64,000 bases of DNA. It comes from Deltaproteobacteria bacterium. Lineage in GTDB: Bacteria; Desulfobacterota; Syntrophia; Syntrophales; UBA2210. The translations under genes and the position numbers were made by a program. The stretch's first letter is position 1. The number at the start of each line of letters is the position of its first letter. The stretch covers positions 9,264-73,263 of the forward strand of contig JAFDAI010000006.1 in the NCBI GenBank assembly GCA_019313905.1, given 5' to 3'. A model generated the notes under the pieces. It searched no databases. It was not told the origin of the DNA and worked only from the letters and a program-made list of their open reading frames with translations. Of the stretch, positions 40,199 through 48,859 are shown piece by piece.

Positions 40199-43075
40199 TT
40201 GTTTAAATCAAAATCTATAATTGCCGCGGTCTTTGCCGCGCTTTTGATGTTTGTGGAGTTGCCCGCTCTGTTCGCGCAGGTCAATCAGCCTGTTGAAGAA
40301 GGACCTATCCTTTCTGTAATGCCCGAGGTGATAGATTTTGGCGTTCTGGAGGGAACAGCGACGGGGGTCGAGTTTATTGAGATAAGCAACAAAGGGCAGG
40401 GGAAGATAAAATGGATAGTTAAAAGGACAGAACCCTGGCTGACGCTGGATGTGTATTTCGGGGTTGTGGGTGACGGTGTTAATGTCGTACCAATTACAGC
40501 AGATCCGAGTGATCTTTCCCCGGGACATCACCAGGCTGAAATTGCCATAACATCGTCCTGCGGGACCAGAACCGTACCGGTTTCCATTACCGTTCTCCCG
40601 GATAATGATGATACATTCATACCGGAATTGGAGGAAATCAATCTGGATGTGGTGGCTACTGCCACTCAGGTCGGCAGAAAAATTTACCTGGGCGCTGTCG
40701 GTGTATATTCGGATGGTTCCAAAAAAGATATTACAAAAGAGATAAAATGGGTATCAAAGAACAGGAGGGTTGGATATTTTATCGATAAGGGACTTTTTAT
40801 CGGAAAACAGACGGGGGATGTATCTGTCTTCGCGAAGAAGGATGGAATTAAAAGCCCTGTAATTACAATCCATATAGATGCCCTCGATGGACCCGTCCTG
40901 AAGGTGTCTCTGCCGAAGATCAAGCTGGATCATATGGAAAGGGGGTCGGTTGAAGATATTCCCATGACTCTGCGAAATGCAGGCAAGGGAGAATTGGAGT
41001 GGGAAATCATAAGCATGACGCCATGGCTGGTATTGAATGGAGGCATATCTTCAGATGGCGCGAAAGAAGATCTGCCGGACGAATGGAAATCTGTATACAG
41101 CAGCCTGCATGGCAGAGGTAAAAAGAAGGTAAAAATTGTTGTGGATACCACAGAACTTCCGGATGGAAGGCACGAGGGGATCATTCTGGTAAGATCAAAC
41201 GGAGGCGATCAGAAAATAACTGTTCCCGTAAAGATTCGTTCACTCGAATCCATCTCCCTCACGCCGGTTTCTGTAAGAATGGCTGTCAACCATAAAACAA
41301 TGTTCAGGGCGACCGGTATGTGGTCCGACGGGAGCAGAACCGATCTTTCAGGGGGTTCGGATGGAAGATGGATAATATCTGATTCTTCCATCGGGTTCTT
41401 CCCGCGCGGCAGATCTGTCTTTGTGGCCCAAAACACCGGTCCTGTGGAGATCAGAAGAGTGAGAGGGGATGTAAGCAGCAATGTCGCGGTTGTTGATGTT
41501 GAAGAGGATGTTGCAGGTCCTGTTCTGCTGGTATCTCCCCGCGAAGTGGATTTTGGCGCAATAGGCCCCGGCGAGAGTTCAAAGGGTGTAATTTCCCTTA
41601 AAAATGTTGGAGGCGGAAACCTGACGTGGCAGGTGAACAGGATGGGAGACTGGATATCGCCATTTGATGACACGCTTTCAGGAACGGCCGGGATGTCCGC
41701 GCGTTACCTTCGTATTTCAGTTGAGTCTATGGCAGATGATGGAGCTTTAGTGGATGGGCTGTCTGACATTCGGATGAAATTCGAAACGAGACATAAAACA
41801 GTGTATTATAGAAAGCTTCTGTCTACCGGGAGCTACAGAGAAGAGCTAAAGGTATCCTTTAATGGAGGAGAGCGAACTGTATTTCTAAAATTTGTTGTGG
41901 CAGAGAAGGAGGGCTCTCGTTCCTCTATGGATGTAAAGCCTCTCGGAATAGACTTTGGCAGTGTTGATGCCGGCATAAAATTGATGAAAAGGGTTGAACT
42001 GAGAAACGCGGGGGGGAATGTCCTGAAATGGAAGGCGATACTGCAGAGAAACAGGAAGACTTTCCGGGGCGTGGTTCTTGAAAGGGGCAGGTATGTTTCG
42101 TTTGCTAATGAGGCCGTTTTGGGGAAGGGTAGCTATAGCGTGCCGGGCCGTTTGGAAAGCGAGCTTGATATCTCCGGTGAATGGTCCGAGAAGGGTGGCT
42201 ATCCATATGGCACAGGTGACAATAAACTACTGAAATATACATTCTTTGGGAAAGGAATAGTCCTCTTTTTATGGAAGGACGTTTATGGGGGAATTCTTGA
42301 TCTTTTTGTTGATAACCAGATGGTGGGTCAGATAGATTGCGCATCCGAGAAGAAAAAAAGGATTGAATTTCCGGTGGTGGAAAACCTGGCGGAGGGGGAG
42401 CCGCATTTGCTCGTCCTGGCGGCAAGAGGGGGAAGTGTAGAAATTGAAGGCGTGAGGATTTATACTTCGGGGCTCATGAAGGGTAAGAAGGGCTGGATAA
42501 GGATATCTCCTGAAAAGGGAACCACCACGAATGAAGTGGATTACATTAATGTAATGGTCAACACCGGGGACTTATCCCCCGGTTCGTATAGTGAGAATAT
42601 ACTTTTTTATTCCAGCGAGGGGGCCGAAACAGTTGAAGTGTCACTTGATATCAGGAGCGACAAGGTGTCAGAATTAATTGATATCTACAGGTATACAAAA
42701 GGAACGGACAGCTTGCTGTCTCCAGATGTCGCGCGCGGGGACTTCTCGCTTGAAGGATACAAAAAAAGTGGGCCGGCATTCAGACTCTTTCACAAGGATA
42801 CGCCGGGAACCACAGAATTCTTCCAGTGGCATAATCCTTCGGAGGCAACCCATTTTTATTCCTACATCCGGTCAGGTGGAAAACATTCTCTAAAGGGATA
42901 TGTTTTTGACGGGTCTATAGGAAATATCGCAACCCTGAAATTGCCCCACACCAGAGATCTGTACAGATGGTTCAATCCTGAAACGAGAGCATATTTCTAT
43001 ACGACAGACCCGAAGGGTGAAAGTCGCGAGAAAATGGGATACATATACGACGGAGTGGCGGGATATGTCAGGTAG
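40199..43075 (+). CDS. large secreted multidomain protein (BACON-like + Ig-like Big_2 domains, C-terminal HFY(T/S) repeat module)
   Basis: Signal peptide MFKSKSIIAAVFAALLMFVELPALFAQ. Repeated 'IDFG...G...W.....PWL' beta-sandwich units, Big_2-like segments (..VGVYSDGSKKDIT..) and C-terminal repeats (THFYSY, AYFYTTDPKGE). Confidence 0.6.
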   Translation: MFKSKSIIAAVFAALLMFVELPALFAQVNQPVEEGPILSVMPEVIDFGVLEGTATGVEFIEISNKGQGKIKWIVKRTEPWLTLDVYFGVVGDGVNVVPITADPSDLSPGHHQAEIAITSSCGTRTVPVSITVLPDNDDTFIPELEEINLDVVATATQVGRKIYLGAVGVYSDGSKKDITKEIKWVSKNRRVGYFIDKGLFIGKQTGDVSVFAKKDGIKSPVITIHIDALDGPVLKVSLPKIKLDHMERGSVEDIPMTLRNAGKGELEWEIISMTPWLVLNGGISSDGAKEDLPDEWKSVYSSLHGRGKKKVKIVVDTTELPDGRHEGIILVRSNGGDQKITVPVKIRSLESISLTPVSVRMAVNHKTMFRATGMWSDGSRTDLSGGSDGRWIISDSSIGFFPRGRSVFVAQNTGPVEIRRVRGDVSSNVAVVDVEEDVAGPVLLVSPREVDFGAIGPGESSKGVISLKNVGGGNLTWQVNRMGDWISPFDDTLSGTAGMSARYLRISVESMADDGALVDGLSDIRMKFETRHKTVYYRKLLSTGSYREELKVSFNGGERTVFLKFVVAEKEGSRSSMDVKPLGIDFGSVDAGIKLMKRVELRNAGGNVLKWKAILQRNRKTFRGVVLERGRYVSFANEAVLGKGSYSVPGRLESELDISGEWSEKGGYPYGTGDNKLLKYTFFGKGIVLFLWKDVYGGILDLFVDNQMVGQIDCASEKKKRIEFPVVENLAEGEPHLLVLAARGGSVEIEGVRIYTSGLMKGKKGWIRISPEKGTTTNEVDYINVMVNTGDLSPGSYSENILFYSSEGAETVEVSLDIRSDKVSELIDIYRYTKGTDSLLSPDVARGDFSLEGYKKSGPAFRLFHKDTPGTTEFFQWHNPSEATHFYSYIRSGGKHSLKGYVFDGSIGNIATLKLPHTRDLYRWFNPETRAYFYTTDPKGESREKMGYIYDGVAGYVR

Positions 43076-43139
43076 TTTCCATCCATAATTGGCCATTTCC
43101 CGGATGAAGACGAGGTATCTGGACGAGTAGTGTTTTGTC

Positions 43140-43168
43140 TTGACAAATATAAGCAAAGTGACTAAAAG
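43140..43168 (+). promoter_or_regulatory. candidate sigma-70 promoter for the tRNA pair
   Basis: TTGACA (43140-43145), N17, TAAAAG (43163-43168), about 20 nt before tRNA-Arg. Confidence 0.45.
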
Positions 43169-43189
43169 AACCTTTCATTTTCGAACAAT

Positions 43190-43266
<77 letters not shown>

Positions 43267-43323
43267 TAAATGGTGTCTATCCGGTTCCGATACATGGGGC
43301 TGTCCGGGCACGCAAATATATGT

Positions 43324-43401
43324 GGTGGATGTAGCTCAGTTGGTTAGAGTGCCTGGTTGTGGCCCAGGAGGTCGGGGGTTCAAGTCCCCTCATTCACCCC
43401 A
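43324..43401 (+). tRNA. tRNA-His (anticodon GTG) with encoded G-1 and CCA
   Basis: Acceptor GTGGATG/CATTCAC. An extra 5' G pairs with discriminator C. Anticodon stem CCTGG/CCAGG with loop TTGTGGC. T-loop TTCAAGT. Confidence 0.88.
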
Positions 43402-43410
43402 AATAAAAAC

Positions 43411-43447
43411 AAGGGGTTACGAGAGATTCGTAATCCCTTTGTTTTTG
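43411..43447 (+). terminator. rho-independent terminator after the tRNA pair
   Basis: About 12-bp stem AAGGGGTTACGA / TCGTAATCCCTT with a 5-nt loop, followed by TGTTTTTG. Confidence 0.7.
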
Positions 43448-43527
43448 CCTGATTTTAGATTTCCAACCCTCGGCTCTAATTTCAGCCTTTTTGCCTCTAT
43501 CTCACTACAAGAACCTGAATGTGGTGA

Positions 43528-43558
43528 TAAAAAAGGCAACGCCTTGATGACCTTGCCT
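43528..43558 (-). terminator. rho-independent terminator of the PEP-CTERM gene
   Basis: Minus strand: AGGCAA, 13-nt loop, TTGCCT, followed by TTTTTTATC. About 30 nt after the stop. Confidence 0.55.
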
Positions 43559-43589
43559 CCTTTAGTTAAGATTGTCAATTCTATAAATT

Positions 43590-44171
43590 TTATTTTTTTA
43601 TCCTTCGCCGGATTCCCGCTAAGCCGACCAAACCAAAGCCGAGAAAGAGGAGGGTGACAGGCTCGGGGACGCTGGTGGAGCCGTAAATGGATACGTGGGA
43701 AATGGCTCCCTGGTTTGGCCAGAAATTCTCCATGTAGATGGTATCGGTGCCGTCCCAACTAACAGACGGGGTCGGCGGGGACACAGAATGCAAATCAAAG
43801 ATGTACGATCCCTGAATGCCATCCTTAACCAAAAGATAAAGAGGATCTCCCGTAATATAGGGTCCCGATCCATAACTTATTGTCGCGTCCTCGGGATCAG
43901 TCGGTGTGTTATAGAAGGTAGTTTCGTAAGATGAGGCGAACGACCCGGATTCACCGCCATCGACGTCTTGCTTGTACAACTCAAACAAAGTCCCGCCGTA
44001 GCCAACTATACCAGGGATGTCAGCCGCTTGGGGGTTAGAATTGTCCGAATGCGATACAATCCACTGGGGAAGAGTATCCGGCGTAATTGTGAGGGCGCTT
44101 GCGCTGGCCACCATGCCAAACGTCACAAACGTCACACACAATATTGTCATTAATATCTTAATCTTTTTCAT
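43590..44171 (-). CDS. PEP-CTERM sorting-domain secreted protein
   Basis: Signal peptide MKKIKILMTILCVTFVTFGMVASASA. C-terminus VPEPVTLLFLGFGLVGLAGIRRRIKK (PEP motif + TM + basic tail). Start at 44171 follows GAGGTG. Confidence 0.85.
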   Translation of the reverse strand: MKKIKILMTILCVTFVTFGMVASASALTITPDTLPQWIVSHSDNSNPQAADIPGIVGYGGTLFELYKQDVDGGESGSFASSYETTFYNTPTDPEDATISYGSGPYITGDPLYLLVKDGIQGSYIFDLHSVSPPTPSVSWDGTDTIYMENFWPNQGAISHVSIYGSTSVPEPVTLLFLGFGLVGLAGIRRRIKK

Positions 44172-44224
44172 ATGACACCTCATAAGAGACTGTTTTATTC
44201 TTCTATTATTATTGGTAAACCAAC

Positions 44225-44239
44225 GCAATTTATATGCCC
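44225..44239 (-). promoter_or_regulatory. sigma-54 (-24/-12) promoter for the PEP-CTERM gene
   Basis: Minus strand reads GGGCATATAAATTGC, against consensus TGGCAC-N5-TTGC. The GG and GC dinucleotides are 12 nt apart. It lies 54 nt upstream of the ATG at 44171. Confidence 0.6.
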
Positions 44240-44650
44240 AATAACATTTATAAGTTTCATTTATGCATTATCTGTTTAATATAATTGATTAAATGTTAGA
44301 TAATATTTATCAAGAAGAAGGCTCTTTTTTTAACGCCATCACAATATGTAAATTTATCCGACACTAAAAGGTGGCAAATTTAGGCTCAGTTTCTTTATCT
44401 TATCGAATTATTTGATCTTTTAGAAAAATTAACTTATTTTAAGATTGTAAAAAATTCCGACACTCATAATGGAAGAATAGACGTATTCCAATATTCTATA
44501 ATAATTATAATACCATACAGCATTTTAAAGCTGTAAAGAGATCCGAGAGTTTTATGTAAATTTTACATTTTCGCTCTCGGAGCGCGTATTTTCACTTTCA
44601 ACTCTATAGATACTCAAATGTATTACCCCGCCGCAAGCAGCGGGGTATCA

Positions 44651-45048
44651 TCAAAAACATTGAACGTCCCAAGGGGCAGGGAATGTAACCCTGATCTGAT
44701 CTCTAATATTTTCGATTTCCTTGTCAAGATAGTCAATGTGTCCTTTGATCAATGGGGTGACGGATTCATGGGCACTACCGAGCCGGTTCTTCTCCTGGGT
44801 AAGCATACCTATCAGGCTGTCGGTCCTTCTGACCAGGGCTCGCAGGGATCTGATTTCGTGTGAAGGCGGAGTCCATGATTCCGGTCTCACGGCCATACAA
44901 AAACACGCAATAATACCTGCATCAACCTTGTCGATCTTTGTACGAATGGTGCGTTCTTGAATGATCTGTTCTTGACCTTGCCATCGACAAGCAATACCAC
45001 CTCTACCCTCTGTTTGGCGATGTCGATCCCGAGAATTGGTGTTGACAT
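44651..45048 (-). mobile_element. decayed IS110-family transposase (N-terminal DEDD-domain fragments only)
   Basis: ATG at 45048 after GGAGG gives MSTPILGIDIAKQRVEVVLLVDGKVKNRSFKNA.... A frame change follows to ..IRTKIDKVDAGIIACFCMAVRPESWTPPSHEIRSLRALVRRTDSLIGMLTQEKNRL.... About 60 internal residues and the whole C-terminal domain are missing. Confidence 0.7.
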
Positions 45049-45527
45049 ATGAATCCCTCCTCTCAATTATAAGTGCCGCCTGATCGGTAAAAGCCCTGTT
45101 CGAATCAACCTTGCAAGTACAAACTCATTCCCATGTGGGACGGTTTCTGATACCGTACAAGTTACTGAACAAAGCATTGGGAAGAGGATCTAATATACGA
45201 GCCATGCTCACGGGCATCAGGTGAATCACAGATTCTCTCTCCCCATTTACCCCGGCGTCCCAGGGTATCTTACAACTTCTGATATCCTTTTAAAACACAA
45301 GGTGAAGACAACAACAAGAACACCATATGAAGCATTCAAAGTCCTTCTTTGCTACTTTATATTGCTGTGGTGCCAGATAATATTCATTTTCCTCGTAGAT
45401 CTGCCCAAAGTTTAGATTCGTTCCGGATGCATATACCAAGGGAGAAATGGAAATTGGTCAGAGTATCTTAATAAGCTACGAGACAGTTTCTAACCTGCCT
45501 CAACCAGCGACCCCAGATATTTTATCT

Positions 45528-46907
45528 TCATTTGGTGTCTTTCTTTCGAAGATTATATTTTATCATTTTCAGTTGGAGTCCTTTTCTGCTGAGGCCGAGC
45601 TTCAGGGCTGCCTTGCTGATATTCCTGTTACACTCTTCCAGGATCTTTACGATCACGCCCTTTTCTAATTGTTCCGTTTTGCTTTTAAGGATATTCCAGG
45701 GAGTCCCTTCCGATTTCGCAGTGCCAATGGTCGTTTCAGCCACAGCGGAGACATGCATCTCCGGTGGAACATCCTCAAGGGTTATCGTGTTACCCGTAGC
45801 CAGCAGCACAAGTCTTTCCATGAGATTTTCCAATTCCCTGATATTTCCGGGCCAGTTGTAGTGCGCAAAAAGCTTCCTCACCTCGGGGTCAACATGTTCT
45901 ATCCTGCGGCTGAGCTTTTTATTAAAAGTATCGAGAAAATAATCGGTAAGACGCTCTATATCACCCTTTCTCTCTCTGAGAGGAGGGAGATTTAAAGGCA
46001 ACACATTCAACCTGTAATACAAATCCTCCCTGAATCGTCCCTCTTGTACTTCCTGCAGGAGGTTCTTGTTTGTTGCCGTAATGAGCCTTACATCGATTTT
46101 TATTGTCTGAAGACCACCTACTCTTTCAAATTCCTGCTCCTGAATCACCCTGAGGATTTTTGCCTGCATATCTTTTGGCAAATCCCCAATCTCATCAAGG
46201 AAGAGAGTGCCTGTGTGGGCCAGTTCAAACCTTCCCGGTTTTTTGTTTACAGCGCCCGTAAAAGCACCTTTTTCAAAACCGAAAAGCTCGCTCTCCATCA
46301 AATTTTCCGCGATAGCCACACAATTGATTTTGATGAAAGGGTTGTTCATGCGAGGGCTGTTCATATGGATTGCACGGGCCAGAAGCTCCTTTCCAGTACC
46401 TGTTTCACCGGTAATCAGGACTGTCGTTGTAGTCGGAGCCACTTTCTCGACAAGCCTGTATATCTTTACCATGCGTTTACTGGAGCCTATAATTTCACTC
46501 TGGCCTGTTTTTCCGGGAGATGAAACCAGTTCACTTTCATTCAGTGCGCTTGTCTTAAAGGCCTTTTCTATAATATTTTTCAGGTCATCCTGATCAAAGG
46601 GTTTTGTGATGTAATCAAATGCTCCGTTCTTCAGGGCTTCCACCGCTGTTTCGACGGTGCCATGAGCGGTGATCATAATTACAGGTATTGAAGGATAATG
46701 CGCTTCTATTCTGCTAAGAAGCCCGAGACCATCAAGCCTGGGCATTTTCAGATCTGTAACGACCACAGCCACATCACCGGCTTTGAGGATATTAAGCGCT
46801 TCAAGACCGTCAGATGCCGTAACAACTTTATACTTCTCCTTTTTAAGCATGGCCTCTAAGACAAGAAGCATGTTCAGTTCATCATCAACTATCAGTATTT
46901 TTCCCAT
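45528..46907 (-). CDS. sigma-54-dependent response regulator (NtrC/AtoC family; REC + AAA+ + Fis HTH)
   Basis: ILIVDDE...D (REC), GETGTGKELLARAIH, ESELFGFEKGAFTGA (GAFTGA) and a C-terminal Fis-type HTH. Confidence 0.92.
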   Translation of the reverse strand: MGKILIVDDELNMLLVLEAMLKKEKYKVVTASDGLEALNILKAGDVAVVVTDLKMPRLDGLGLLSRIEAHYPSIPVIMITAHGTVETAVEALKNGAFDYITKPFDQDDLKNIIEKAFKTSALNESELVSSPGKTGQSEIIGSSKRMVKIYRLVEKVAPTTTTVLITGETGTGKELLARAIHMNSPRMNNPFIKINCVAIAENLMESELFGFEKGAFTGAVNKKPGRFELAHTGTLFLDEIGDLPKDMQAKILRVIQEQEFERVGGLQTIKIDVRLITATNKNLLQEVQEGRFREDLYYRLNVLPLNLPPLRERKGDIERLTDYFLDTFNKKLSRRIEHVDPEVRKLFAHYNWPGNIRELENLMERLVLLATGNTITLEDVPPEMHVSAVAETTIGTAKSEGTPWNILKSKTEQLEKGVIVKILEECNRNISKAALKLGLSRKGLQLKMIKYNLRKKDTK

Positions 46908-47027
46908 GGTTTATGTATATCCGGTTCTTTAATTTTTTTACGAGTGTAACATTTTAATGCCTGTTAATGCCTGAAATAACTTTTATGAGATTTAATTCCT
47001 GTCAAGGCAATCTAATACACGGGTTGA

Positions 47028-48542
47028 TCAGATCCTTATAAAAAAAGCTGTTCCCTCGCCGGGAACGGATTCAAGATCGATGCTGCCACCATGACTTCTC
47101 ATAATCCGCTGACACACGGGAAGACCAAGTCCAGTCCCCTTCTTCTTAGTTGTAAAAAAGGGTTTAAAGATATTCTTCAAATCTTTCCCTTCTATCCCGG
47201 AACCTGTATCGCGAATAGTAATTTCCACAGTCATATTTCCGTTATTTTTAATTCCGGCTGTTATAAAGCTTAAAGAACCTCCTTCCGGCATTGCTTCAAT
47301 TCCGTTAAGTGCCATATTCAGGATAACTTGTGTCATCTGTTCTCCGTCCACCTTCATGCTTGGAAGTTCGGAATCCAGATTTTCCTCAATGACTACATTT
47401 TCCGGTAGACCGGCGGTCTTGAGAAGCGATACCACTTTGGTTACGATGCGGTTTACATCCTGATTGCTCGCATCTATTGAATGAGGTCGTGCGTAGTTAA
47501 GAAATTGTGACATAACACCGTTCAGTCTGTCTGTTTCCTCTACTATCACATCAAGAAGCTTCTGGTTCTGGGGAAATTCCGTTTCTGATTTAAGGTATTG
47601 CGCGGCACCCTTGATGGCCCCCAGGGGATTTCGTATTTCATGAGCAAGACCGGTTGCCATTTCTTCCAAGAGCATCGACTTTTCTTTCTCTACCTCTTCA
47701 TCGATGGCATAGAGCGATATGGATACATCACTCCTGCCTTCAAAGAAAATATGCCCCGCAACCTTTTTTAAGATCACTTTAACCGGATCTATAAAGATAA
47801 CGATGATAAAGGATGCCATTAAAACACTGTTTAACCAACTGCTTGAATTCTTTCCGAAAAGGGCAATAACGAAGCAGAAAGTAATAGTGGCAAATAGTAC
47901 AAGGGCAAAGATGATGAGCGCCCTTACCATGATCTCGTGAATCTCCGGCAGGCGGTGGTGCGTTATGATTATCAGAATAAAATAGATCAGAGCGGCTATC
48001 GCAATATTAGACAGCGGGGGAAGAGCACTGCCATAGTAATGAAATATATCAGAAATGCTTAAGATTACAGTCAGGGCACAGGCAATGGCTATGTAAAGCA
48101 TTCCCTTTCTTTCCACGCCCGGCGTCTCTTTTTTGATAGAGTCAATAAGCGCTATGTAACAGTAAATCATAGCGGAGCCATTGTACAGATAGAGGACGAT
48201 ATGCATGTATGGCCATTTGTATCCTGACGCGAAGAGAAAGATGATGAGGAAAAGACTACCGAGTACAGTTGCCAGTATAATTTTTTTAGAGGGGAATTCT
48301 TGCCGGTTCAGGAAGGTCCGGCAAAAGGAGAGCAGGAGCGGAGGAATTACCAGGGCTCCGGTATAGTTAACTATTTTCCATGCATTGGCGTTGAAGACTT
48401 CGTAGAAAAATGTTCCGGTCTTTTGGAGAAAGAGGGCAAAACACAAAAGGGCAAAGGCCTGGTGGACAGGGCTCTTAACTTTTTTGATAAACAGAGAAAT
48501 AGCAATTGTCAGACTGATTGCTGCCAGGGCAAAGGTTTCCAT
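47028..48542 (-). CDS. membrane sensor histidine kinase (multi-TM N-terminal sensor + HisKA + HATPase_c)
   Basis: About 7 predicted TM helices, then H-box LAHEIRNPL, and N/G boxes (NALNGIEAM, DTGSGI, GTGLGL). Start placed at METFALAA. Confidence 0.85.
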   Translation of the reverse strand: METFALAAISLTIAISLFIKKVKSPVHQAFALLCFALFLQKTGTFFYEVFNANAWKIVNYTGALVIPPLLLSFCRTFLNRQEFPSKKIILATVLGSLFLIIFLFASGYKWPYMHIVLYLYNGSAMIYCYIALIDSIKKETPGVERKGMLYIAIACALTVILSISDIFHYYGSALPPLSNIAIAALIYFILIIITHHRLPEIHEIMVRALIIFALVLFATITFCFVIALFGKNSSSWLNSVLMASFIIVIFIDPVKVILKKVAGHIFFEGRSDVSISLYAIDEEVEKEKSMLLEEMATGLAHEIRNPLGAIKGAAQYLKSETEFPQNQKLLDVIVEETDRLNGVMSQFLNYARPHSIDASNQDVNRIVTKVVSLLKTAGLPENVVIEENLDSELPSMKVDGEQMTQVILNMALNGIEAMPEGGSLSFITAGIKNNGNMTVEITIRDTGSGIEGKDLKNIFKPFFTTKKKGTGLGLPVCQRIMRSHGGSIDLESVPGEGTAFFIRI

Positions 48543-48747
48543 ATATTTTTCACCATATACAATTTTCAGGCAGTTATGATATCGGCAAACAACCTGCAAG
48601 TCAAGGTAACGCAGGTGTATTGTGCGTACAACAGTTCCGGCTGCGAACAAAACTACGCACCAAAAACCGGACTTTCATATACAAACCCGGGAAAGCTCAT
48701 ATGCCAATTAGTAAGAATTCCGGAGTGTTATGCGGTATCACTACTTT

Positions 48748-48763
48748 TGGCATGGATGGTGCT
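48748..48763 (+). promoter_or_regulatory. sigma-54 (-24/-12) promoter in front of the lipid cluster
   Basis: TGGCATGGATGGTGCT, against TGGCAC-N5-TTGCW, with correct GG/GC spacing. About 100 nt upstream of the GTG at 48860 and divergent from the kinase/regulator operon. Confidence 0.55.
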
Positions 48764-48859
48764 AACAATTAAGAGCACAGAGTGGTGCGCTTAGTCGATA
48801 CGAGACCCAGATCCGACAATTGAAAATAGAATACTGCGAAGCTTCAAGGAGAACGAGAC

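Noticed and set aside
43322-43657. 111-aa plus-strand ORF and 75-aa minus-strand ORF (43068-43295) across the tRNA region
   Set aside because: Both are translations of the tRNA-His and tRNA-Arg genes and the terminator hairpin, not protein-coding sequence.
44172-44228. Longer start (MRWFTNNNRRIKQSLMRCH...) for the PEP-CTERM gene
   Set aside because: The extension precedes a perfectly good signal peptide, and the start at 44171 has its own GAGGTG RBS. The extension would also overlap the sigma-54 -12 element.
44624-44647. CRISPR-repeat-like hairpin (CCCCGC...GCGGGG)
   Set aside because: It is a single copy with no spacer-repeat periodicity and no cas genes. It is better explained as a REP-like or IS110-associated hairpin.
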